Source of the DNA: Lachnospiraceae bacterium
GTDB lineage: Bacteria > Bacillota > Clostridia > Lachnospirales > Lachnospiraceae
Reading direction: 5' to 3'
Assembly: GCA_029062895.1 (NCBI GenBank)
Contig: JAIDPF010000091.1
Coordinates: 1,502 to 65,501, forward strand
Length of the DNA: 64,000 bases
Shown piece after piece: positions 19,739-28,753 of this stretch (the stretch's first letter is position 1; each line of letters starts with the position of its first letter). The notes beneath the pieces are model-generated. The model did no database searches. It worked only from the letters and a program-made list of their open reading frames with translations, and was not told the origin of the DNA. A program made the position numbers and the translations under genes.

Positions 19739-21130
19739 ATGGAAGTAGATGTAATGAAGAAGATTCCTGTCCGTGAGCAGGATGCAAAGGAGCGGGCAGC
19801 TAATTTTAAAGAAGTATGTCTTGGATATAACGAGGAAGAGGCAAAGTGCGAGGCGACCAGATGTATCAACTGTAAGAATGCACAGTGTATCAAAGGTTGT
19901 CCGGTATCGATCAATATCCCGGGATTTATCGAACAGGTCAAGAACGGCAATATGGCGGAGGCTTATAAGGTCATCAGCGAATCTTCCGCATTGCCTGCTG
20001 TCTGTGGTCGTGTTTGTCCGCAGGAGAGCCAGTGTGAAGGGAAATGTATCCGCGGTATCAAAGGGGAAGCAATCTCCATCGGTAAGCTGGAGCGTTTTGT
20101 AGCTGACTGGGCAGCGGAGAATGGTATTAAACCGGAACCTGCCAAAGAGAAAATTGGTAAGAAGGTGGCTGTTATAGGTTCTGGCCCGGCAGGACTGACC
20201 TGTGCGGGTGATCTGGCAAAATTAGGCTATGACGTTACGATTTTTGAGGCGCTGCACAAGGCGGGCGGCGTACTGGTATATGGTATTCCGGAGTTTCGTC
20301 TTCCGAAAGAAGATGTTGTTCAGAAGGAGATCGATAACGTAAAGTCTCTTGGCGTAAAGATAGAGACTGACGTTGTGATCGGAAAATCTACGACCATCGA
20401 CCAGCTTTTGGAGGAAGAGGGATTTGATGCGGTATTTGTAGGCTCCGGTGCTGGACTTCCGAAGTTCATGGGGATTCCGGGCGAAAATGCCAACGGCGTA
20501 TTCTCTGCCAATGAATATCTGACCAGAAGCAATCTGATGAAGGCGTTTGACGGCAATTCCACAACGCCGATCATGAAGAGTAAAAAGGTAGCTGTAGTAG
20601 GCGGCGGTAATGTTGCCATGGATGCGGCAAGAACAGCGCTCCGTCTGGGCGCGGAAGTGCACATCGTATATCGGAGAAGCGAGGAAGAACTTCCCGCCAG
20701 AGTAGAAGAAGTCCATCATGCAAAGGAAGAAGGCATTATTTTTGATCTTTTGACCAACCCGGTGGAAATCCTGACGAATGAAAGCGGCTGGGTAAGCGGC
20801 ATCAAATGTATCCGTATGGAGCTGGGTGAGCCGGATGAATCGGGAAGAAGAAGACCGGTGGAGGTTCCGGGATCTGAATTTGTGATCGACGTAGATACGG
20901 TGATCATGTCCCTTGGTACATCTCCGAATCCGATGATTTCTTCTACAACGAAGGGACTGGAAATCAACAAGCGCAAATGTATTATCGCAGAGGAGGATAC
21001 CGGAAAGACTTCCAAGGAAGGCGTTTATGCAGGCGGCGATGCCGTAACAGGTGCGGCAACCGTTATCCTTGCCATGGGTGCAGGCAGGGCAGGCGCAAGG
21101 GGTATTCATGAGTTCCTTTCTAACCAGTAA
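19739..21130 (+). CDS. nfnB: NfnB / NADPH-dependent glutamate synthase small-subunit-like flavoprotein
   Basis: RCINC...CIKGCPV, GRVCPQESQCE, GSGPAG, GGGNVAMD, YRR, GGDAVTG; no large glutamate synthase subunit nearby. Confidence 0.85.
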   Translation: MEVDVMKKIPVREQDAKERAANFKEVCLGYNEEEAKCEATRCINCKNAQCIKGCPVSINIPGFIEQVKNGNMAEAYKVISESSALPAVCGRVCPQESQCEGKCIRGIKGEAISIGKLERFVADWAAENGIKPEPAKEKIGKKVAVIGSGPAGLTCAGDLAKLGYDVTIFEALHKAGGVLVYGIPEFRLPKEDVVQKEIDNVKSLGVKIETDVVIGKSTTIDQLLEEEGFDAVFVGSGAGLPKFMGIPGENANGVFSANEYLTRSNLMKAFDGNSTTPIMKSKKVAVVGGGNVAMDAARTALRLGAEVHIVYRRSEEELPARVEEVHHAKEEGIIFDLLTNPVEILTNESGWVSGIKCIRMELGEPDESGRRRPVEVPGSEFVIDVDTVIMSLGTSPNPMISSTTKGLEINKRKCIIAEEDTGKTSKEGVYAGGDAVTGAATVILAMGAGRAGARGIHEFLSNQ

Positions 21131-21214
21131 ACTTCTTATCGCAGCAGAGTAAATAATAGAATATTTGCTTATCGTACAAATGAAAGCTGTAACAGAAGCT
21201 TTCTTTGGATATAA

Positions 21215-22591
<1,377 letters not shown>

Positions 22592-22651
22592 AACCTCCGG
22601 CGTGGGAAACGCTTTCATCAGCGTTTTCCTAAGATAATATATAATGTGGAT

Positions 22652-22720
22652 AGGCCTTATAAACAAATCAAATCTATGATTTGATTGATGTTTATAGGGC
22701 TTTTCTTTATATAAATTGAA
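22652..22720. repeat. Hairpin repeat copy A (homologous to 23093-23158)
   Basis: gccttataaaca-aatcaaatc-tat-gatttgatt-ga-tgtttatagggc followed by ttttctttatata. Confidence 0.7.
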
Positions 22721-22862
22721 ATATATGTAAAAATTTAGTATGATAACAGATAATAGATTGATTGAAAGCTGCAAAAGAGAATTACCTGATGGAGATGTAA
22801 TTATAGTAAAGGATGTATTTCTGAGAGGACAGGAATATAAAAGATTGTCGGAGATGATAGAA

Positions 22863-23054
22863 ATGAGTAAGGAAATGTTAAAAGGAATGATTGAGTTAGT
22901 GCCAGATGAAGACATAGAAACAATTTATAATGTTATTATTAAATTTATTCCGGAAGATACTCCTTTACCAGATGAGATAGTAGCAATAGAGAGGGCGAAT
23001 AGAAGTATAGCGGAGAATGGAACCATCCCCCATAATGCAATAAATTGGGATTAA
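22863..23054 (+). CDS. Small acidic protein resembling clostridial antitoxins found beside RelE/ParE toxins; no toxin adjacent
   Basis: 63 aa MSKEMLKGMIELVPDEDIETIYNVIIKFIPEDTPLPDEIVAI...INWD; ggag RBS before ATG 22863. Family recognised from memory. Confidence 0.55.
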   Translation: MSKEMLKGMIELVPDEDIETIYNVIIKFIPEDTPLPDEIVAIERANRSIAENGTIPHNAINWD

Positions 23055-23092
23055 TATCATTGCGCCACAAAATGTGTGGCAATGATAGTAAT

Positions 23093-23158
23093 AAGTCCTG
23101 TAAATAGATCAAATTTATGATTTGGCTTATATTTATGGGACTTTTCTTTATATATTGA
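23093..23158. repeat. Hairpin repeat copy B (homologous to 22652-22720)
   Basis: aagtcctgtaaata-gatcaaatttatgatttgg...-tatttatgggactt followed by ttctttatata. Confidence 0.7.
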
Positions 23159-23171
23159 GGAGGAAGACATT

Positions 23172-24110
23172 GTGATCTTAAGCGTAAGCCGCAGAACGGA
23201 TATTCCAAATTATTATTCGGATTGGTTTTTTCATAGGATCAAAGAAGGTTTCGTATATGTAAGAAATCCTATGAATCCGCATCAGGTCAGTAAGATCGAC
23301 ATTTCTCCTGAGGTGGTGGACTGCATTGTATTTTGGACGAAGAATCCGGAGCCGATGATTAAGAGATTGGATGAATTATCTGCATATCAGTATTACTTTC
23401 AATTTACTCTGACAGGATATGGACAGGATATGGAATGTAACGTTCCCCATAAAAAAGAGATCATGATACCGGTCTTTCAAAAGTTATCTGAGAAGATCGG
23501 AAAGGATAAGGTGGTCTGGAGATATGACCCGATCATATTTACCAAAGTTTACACACCGGAGTATCATATCAATGCATTTGAACAGATCGCGGGCGCGTTA
23601 AATGGCTATACAAATAAGTGCGTGATCAGTTTTGTTGATACCTATGTAAAGAATCAAAGAAATATGAAGGCGGTCAATGCTTATGATATGGATGGACCTG
23701 CATTAAAGGAGTTTTGCAAAATGTTCAGTGGAATAGCGGAAAAAAACGGAATGGCGATTGGCAGCTGCGCTGAGAGCATGGATTTATCAGATTGTGGCAT
23801 TGAGCATAATTGTTGTATTGATAAGAAGTTGATAGAGGATATCACAGGTTATAAAATAAAGGTTGGAAAAGATAAGAATCAAAGACCGGAATGCGGGTGC
23901 GTGGAAAGCGTGGATATCGGAACTTATAATACCTGTAAAAACGGTTGTAAGTATTGTTATGCGAATTATAGTCAGGAAAGCGTTGTGAAAAATTGTAGTA
24001 AATATGATTTAAATTCTCCGTTATTATGTGGGACGGTTGCAGAAGAAGATAAGATAAATGAAAGAAGGGTAACTTCTCTAAAAGAGAAACAGATCAGCTT
24101 GTTTGACTGA
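23172..24110 (+). CDS. DUF1848 domain protein (radical-SAM-like)
   Basis: MILSVSRRTDIP, VFWTKNP, WRYDPI, C-terminal CKNGCKYC (CxxxCxxC). Confidence 0.92.
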   Translation: MILSVSRRTDIPNYYSDWFFHRIKEGFVYVRNPMNPHQVSKIDISPEVVDCIVFWTKNPEPMIKRLDELSAYQYYFQFTLTGYGQDMECNVPHKKEIMIPVFQKLSEKIGKDKVVWRYDPIIFTKVYTPEYHINAFEQIAGALNGYTNKCVISFVDTYVKNQRNMKAVNAYDMDGPALKEFCKMFSGIAEKNGMAIGSCAESMDLSDCGIEHNCCIDKKLIEDITGYKIKVGKDKNQRPECGCVESVDIGTYNTCKNGCKYCYANYSQESVVKNCSKYDLNSPLLCGTVAEEDKINERRVTSLKEKQISLFD

Positions 24111-24143
24111 TAAGATTATCAGAGGCGGGAAGGGGCAGATGGA

Positions 24144-24950
24144 ATGCAATTAACTATGCTGGGCACAGGACACGCTACGGTGACGGAATATTATAATACC
24201 TGTTTTTTGCTACAGGAGGAAGAACTTCAGGAAAATTTTCTTGTGGATGGAGGCGGCGGCAATGCGATCTTACAGCAGTTAAAAAAAGCCGGAATCGATT
24301 GCAACAGTATTCATCAGATGTTTGTCACCCATAAGCATATGGATCATTTGATGGGAATTCTCTGGATGATCCGGATCATCTGTCAGAATATGAGAAATGG
24401 AACCTATGAAGGGGATGCATATATTTATACTCATGAGGAAGTAGTGGGGATGATTTCTTCCATCTGCCGGATGTTATTGATGGAGCGTCAGGCTGTTTAT
24501 CTGGGGGATCGGGTTCATTTGATCTCGGTGGAAGACGGGGAAAACCGGACGATCTTAGGGAAAAAAGTGACATTTTTTGATATCCATTCTGATAAAGCGA
24601 AGCAGTTTGGATTTTCTATGGAGTTTGCAGAGGGAGAGCGGTTGACCTGCTGTGGGGACGAGCCCTATCATGAATGTAATGAGGTTTATGTAAAAGGGAG
24701 CAAATGGCTGATGCATGAGGCTTTTTGTCTTTCCTCTCAGGCAGATATTTTTCGACCTTATGAGAAAAATCATTCTACGGTAAAGGATGCCTGCGAGACT
24801 GCGGAACGATTAAGCGTAGAGCATCTGATTCTCTATCATACGGAGGATCGGAATATCAAAGAGCGCAGGGAACTGTATCTGGCAGAGGGACAAAAATATT
24901 ATCATGGCAAACTTTATGTTCCGGAAGATCTGGAGAAGATAACATTATAA
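24144..24950 (+). CDS. MBL-fold metallo-hydrolase (RNase Z/BN-like)
   Basis: THKHMDH, GD, HEAF, NHST, LYH metal-binding motifs. Confidence 0.85.
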   Translation: MQLTMLGTGHATVTEYYNTCFLLQEEELQENFLVDGGGGNAILQQLKKAGIDCNSIHQMFVTHKHMDHLMGILWMIRIICQNMRNGTYEGDAYIYTHEEVVGMISSICRMLLMERQAVYLGDRVHLISVEDGENRTILGKKVTFFDIHSDKAKQFGFSMEFAEGERLTCCGDEPYHECNEVYVKGSKWLMHEAFCLSSQADIFRPYEKNHSTVKDACETAERLSVEHLILYHTEDRNIKERRELYLAEGQKYYHGKLYVPEDLEKITL

Positions 24951-24976
24951 AAATATCATCTAAATGGAGAGATGAC

Positions 24977-25540
24977 ATGCAGAAAGATAGTTCAGAATAT
25001 CAGACAGTTGAACATCTATTTGAACCGGTATATAATAGAAAGTCGAGAATCCTGATCTTAGGCTCCCTGCCTTCAGTGAAGTCAAGGGAGAATCATTTTT
25101 ATTACGGTCATCCCCAGAACCGTTTTTGGAAACTGATTGCGACGCTGTGCTGGCAGTATGATCAGCAGGAGAAAAGCGGGCTGCAGGAAACAGAATCGAT
25201 GGTGACAGCGATCGTGCCGCAGACGATAGAGGAAAAAAAGAAATTATTGTACGATCACCATATTGCTATCTGGGATGTGATCGCGCAGTGCGATATTATC
25301 GGTTCCAGCGACAGCTCCATTAAAAATGTGGTTCCCAACGATATGCAAAAGATCTTAGATCAGGCGCCCATTGAAAGAATCTATGCGAATGGCGGCAAAG
25401 CATATGAGCTGTATATGCAGTATTGTTACCCGGTATGCAAAAGAAAGATTACAAAGCTTCCATCCACAAGTCCTGCAAATGCTGCGTTTTCTATGGACAA
25501 ACTGTTATCGGCATGGAGTGTAGTCATACAAGAGAGATAA
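24977..25540 (+). CDS. DNA-deoxyinosine (hypoxanthine) glycosylase, UDG superfamily
   Basis: LILGSLPSVKS, YYGHPQNRFW, IWDV, NGGKA, LPSTSPAN. Confidence 0.9.
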   Translation: MQKDSSEYQTVEHLFEPVYNRKSRILILGSLPSVKSRENHFYYGHPQNRFWKLIATLCWQYDQQEKSGLQETESMVTAIVPQTIEEKKKLLYDHHIAIWDVIAQCDIIGSSDSSIKNVVPNDMQKILDQAPIERIYANGGKAYELYMQYCYPVCKRKITKLPSTSPANAAFSMDKLLSAWSVVIQER

Positions 25541-25552
25541 GGGAGAATTTTT

Positions 25553-26122
25553 ATGGGATTTATAGAATTACTGTTGTTAGCAGTGGGATTGAGCATGGAC
25601 GCTTTTGCTGTTTCCATATGTAAGGGGTTATCTATGAAAAAGGCATCAGTGAAAGGTATGATGATCTGCGGCGGTTGGTTTGGTGGTTTTCAGGCATTGA
25701 TGCCTCTGATTGGTTTTTTGGCGGGCAGAATGTTTGCAGACGCAATTGCTGCTTATGACCATTGGGTAGCATTCGGTCTGTTATTCATTATTGGGGTGAA
25801 TATGCTTCGGGAGGCATTATCAAAGAAAGAGGGAGAGGCAGAGAGCGGAGATCTGTCTGTAAAGACGATGTTTGTCATGGCGGTAGCAACTTCGATTGAC
25901 GCTTTGGCAGTCGGCGTTTCCCTTGCGATGGCAGGTGATGTGAATATCTGGACGGCTGTCATACTGATCGGTTGTACGACATTTATCCTGTCTGCTGTCG
26001 GCGTAAAGGTGGGAAGCATCTTCGGCAATAAATTTGAAAAGAAGGCGCAAGCCGCAGGAGGCGTTATCCTGATGCTTCTGGGGATAAAGATATTATTGGA
26101 ACATTTGGGAATTCTGGGTTAA
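25553..26122 (+). CDS. mntP: Manganese efflux pump MntP family
   Basis: LSMDAFAVSI, FGGFQALMP, DHW, ATSIDALAVG. Confidence 0.9.
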   Translation: MGFIELLLLAVGLSMDAFAVSICKGLSMKKASVKGMMICGGWFGGFQALMPLIGFLAGRMFADAIAAYDHWVAFGLLFIIGVNMLREALSKKEGEAESGDLSVKTMFVMAVATSIDALAVGVSLAMAGDVNIWTAVILIGCTTFILSAVGVKVGSIFGNKFEKKAQAAGGVILMLLGIKILLEHLGILG

Positions 26123-26190
26123 TTTCTTTCACTGATCTGTGATTGCTTTCATATGATATATAAAATGCTTATTGCATTACACATTAATAT

Positions 26191-26303
26191 AAACTGATCA
26201 GGCTGTAAACGATATGTTTATGAAGCCGGGCTGCAAGCTGGCAGCAGCAGATGGAATGATTCACATCTGTGGGACAGCTGTGTGTTCCATAGGTGTGTTT
26301 TTT
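26191..26303 (+). ncRNA. NiCo (czcD) riboswitch with overlapping intrinsic terminator
   Basis: ACUGAUCAGGC...GCCGGGCUGC...GCAGCAGAUG...CAUCUGUGGGACAG four-way-junction pattern; terminator cacatctgtgggac/gttccataggtgtg plus T run; upstream of a CDF gene. Confidence 0.85.
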
Positions 26304-26376
26304 ATGCCTTATTGTATATGGCAGTGGTTACAGGAACAATTAGATACATATCATTTGCAATATGGAGGATTCTTTT

Positions 26377-27282
26377 ATGGCAAAAGAAATACCAACTACA
26401 TTGGACGAAAATGAATTGATCAGGCAGATCTCTTTAGTGACGATGATAGGCAATATTGTACTTTGCGCATTTAAATTGTTTGCCGGTATTGTTGGAAAAT
26501 CGGGAGCGATGTTATCTGATGCGATCCACTCTTTGTCAGATGTTGTGATCACCTTTGTTGCATTTTGGGGAGCTAAGATGTCCAGACGGGGAGCAGATAA
26601 AGAACATCCATATGGTCACGAAAGATTAGAATGTATTGCGTCCCTGATTTTGGGAGTTATACTTTTGGTGACGGGTTTGGGGATCGGAAAGGTTGGTCTG
26701 CAAATCATTTTTTCGGGAAATTATGAAAAGCTTATGATTCCGGGAGTGATTGCATTGGCTGCCGCGGTGATATCTATTGTAGTTAAAGAGGCGATGTATT
26801 GGTATACAATGCATTATGCAAAGATTCTCAACTCTGCAGCTTTTATGGCAGACGCATGGCATCATCGTTCGGATGTATTCGCATCCATCGGCTCGTTGAT
26901 TGGTATCGGCGGTGCAATGTTGGGATTTCCAGTATTAGATGCAGTTGCGGGCGTTGTTATTTGTCTTTTTATTTTACGGGTGGCGTTTGATATTTTATTG
27001 GATGCCGTAAAAAAGATGTTGGATACTTCCTGCGGTGAAGAATATGAAAAAAAGTTAAGTGAATATGTTTTAACTCAGAACGGCGTAGTGGGGATTGATA
27101 TGCTTCGTACCAGAATGTTTGGTAATAAGGTATATGTTGATCTGGAAATCAGCGTGGATGCGGATAAAACCTTCCGGGAAGCTCATACAATCGCAGAGAA
27201 GGTGCATTACAATGTTGAAAAGGATTTTCCAGACACAAAACACATTATGATACATGTAAATCCGACAGAACAGATTTCCTGA
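26377..27282 (+). CDS. Cation diffusion facilitator (CzcD/FieF-like)
   Basis: SDAIHSLSD, HPYGHER, ADAWHHRSD, C-terminal AH..AE..H and IHVNP; ATG 26377 after ggagg. Confidence 0.93.
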   Translation: MAKEIPTTLDENELIRQISLVTMIGNIVLCAFKLFAGIVGKSGAMLSDAIHSLSDVVITFVAFWGAKMSRRGADKEHPYGHERLECIASLILGVILLVTGLGIGKVGLQIIFSGNYEKLMIPGVIALAAAVISIVVKEAMYWYTMHYAKILNSAAFMADAWHHRSDVFASIGSLIGIGGAMLGFPVLDAVAGVVICLFILRVAFDILLDAVKKMLDTSCGEEYEKKLSEYVLTQNGVVGIDMLRTRMFGNKVYVDLEISVDADKTFREAHTIAEKVHYNVEKDFPDTKHIMIHVNPTEQIS

Positions 27283-27338
27283 GATCCATTATAAGGAAAT
27301 TACTTGTATATTAACGAAATTGGGGCTAATATTAAATT

Positions 27339-27473
27339 ATATCAATATGTTGGAGGCAAGGGAGTGTACACGGAGCCGCAGATGGTTGCATAATATCCCC
27401 AGACTTGCCGTTAGATGTTAGTGCTGAAGAAAAATATGCCAAACAGCGGGTCTGAATAAAAGCCGCTGTTTTT
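27339..27473 (+). ncRNA. Candidate small RNA, copy 1
   Basis: Promoter TTGTAT-17-TAATAT (27304-27332); stem ggcaag (27355-60)/cttgcc (27404-09); terminator aaacagcgg/ccgctgttt; homologous to copy 2. Confidence 0.65.
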
Positions 27474-27544
27474 ATAGGAAAAATTCCCGAAAATATTTTT
27501 AAAAAAGAATTGATAAAAGCGGTAAAACGGTGTATAATATAAAT

Positions 27545-27720
27545 GACAAAAATTAAGCATTGCCCGTAAGTAATCGGGATTGCTAAGCTATGAAGTGTCA
27601 CGCAGGAGTCAAGAGGTGTGCATGGAGCTTTGGTGGTTGCATAATAACCAGACTTGACGTAGGCAGAAATGCTGAAAGAAAATATGCATAAGCGGTTCTG
27701 TTTTCAGAGCCGCTTATTTT
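27545..27720 (+). ncRNA. Candidate small RNA, copy 2
   Basis: Promoter TTGATA-17-TATAAT (27510-27538); stem gtcaag (27608-13)/cttgac (27653-58); terminator ataagcggttctg/cagagccgcttat plus T run. Confidence 0.68.
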
Positions 27721-27738
27721 ATGTAAAGAGGTGCAAAA

Positions 27739-27963
27739 GTGGAGAATAATGACAAACTATACCAATGTGCAGATTCATATACAGGACTTTGCGATTATGA
27801 ATACTGAATATGTCTGTACAATAACGGGACAATTATCAATAGAACTATTGGATTTGATGATAGTGGCTTCATGCATTTAGCAGGGTTGGAGAAGCTTACT
27901 GATTTAACGGCATTTTCTGATACAAGCAAAGGAAAGAGGTTTAAAAATGACATTTTCCATTAA
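27739..27963 (+). pseudogene. Truncated PBECR4-like nuclease remnant with an in-frame stop
   Basis: RBS gaggtg + GTG 27739; reads MENNDKLYQCADSYTGLCDYEY*ICLYNNGTIINRTIGFDDSGFMHLAGLEKLTDL...; TGA at 27805-27807; the F..F.HLAGL.KL.D motif is recalled from PBECR4-type proteins. Confidence 0.55.
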
Positions 27964-28753
27964 TTTTCTTATCTTATTTGGAGTGGCTTTATTATGCTGC
28001 GTGGTGGGATTCTATAAGTATGTATATTTTATATCCATAGGATATGGTATCGCTATAGCAGGACAGGGGATTGCAATGCTGATATTGTTCCGTGGGGATC
28101 TGACGCTGCCCGTGATTGCGCTGTGTGTACTGCTGATTCTGTACGGATGCAGATTAAGTGGTTACCTGCTGTTCCGTGAGATCAAAAGCGTAAGCTATCA
28201 AAAGCATATGAAAACGGAGATCAAGGACGGTTCTGACATGAAGCTTGGAATTAAAGTGCTGCTGTGGATTTCCTGTGGACTGCTTTATGTGATGATGGTT
28301 TCCCCGGTATTTTATCGGATCGAGAATCAGGATGTCCATGGGGACGTGGCATTTTACATAGGGATAGTGCTTATGGCCTTTGGTTTGGTATTGGAGTCCG
28401 CTTCTGATATCAGTAAGAACAGACAGAAGAAGGTTAATCCGAAAAGATTCTGTGACAAGGGACTGTTCAGGATTGTGAGATGTCCTAACTATCTGGGAGA
28501 AATGGTTATTTGGACAGGGGTATTGGTTGTCGGTGTTTCGTCATTTTGTACGGTTGGGCAGTGGATCGTTGCGGTCGTTGGCTATCTGGGCATTATCTAT
28601 GTCATGTTCAGCGGTGCCAGAAGACTGGAGATCCGGCAGAATAAGAACTATGGCGACGACCCGGAGTATCAGGCATATGTGAAGAAGGTTCCGATTATGG
28701 TTCCGTTTGTTCCACTATACAGCGTAGAAAAATATAAGTTTTTAGTGCTTTGA
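27947..28753 (+). CDS. DUF1295 / steroid 5-alpha-reductase-like membrane protein
   Basis: YGCRLSGYLLFRE, GLFRIVRCPNYLGE, YQAYVKKVP. Confidence 0.88.
   Translation: MTFSINFLILFGVALLCCVVGFYKYVYFISIGYGIAIAGQGIAMLILFRGDLTLPVIALCVLLILYGCRLSGYLLFREIKSVSYQKHMKTEIKDGSDMKLGIKVLLWISCGLLYVMMVSPVFYRIENQDVHGDVAFYIGIVLMAFGLVLESASDISKNRQKKVNPKRFCDKGLFRIVRCPNYLGEMVIWTGVLVVGVSSFCTVGQWIVAVVGYLGIIYVMFSGARRLEIRQNKNYGDDPEYQAYVKKVPIMVPFVPLYSVEKYKFLVL

Noticed and set aside
25540-25553. yybP-ykoY manganese riboswitch before mntP
   Set aside because: Only 12 bp separate mntP from the upstream gene, leaving no room.
27332-27601. 89-aa minus-strand ORF across ncRNA copy 1
   Set aside because: No RBS or motif; it runs across plus-strand promoters and terminators.
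27347-27691. Short plus-strand peptides inside the two ncRNA copies (MLEARECT..., MKCHAGVK...)
   Set aside because: Frames and lengths are not conserved between copies and there is no RBS; conservation follows base pairing instead.
27339-27720. Identification as 6S RNA, SRP, tmRNA or a known riboswitch
   Set aside because: Length and hallmark motifs do not fit, and copy 1 has no downstream gene to regulate. An Rfam scan is still needed.
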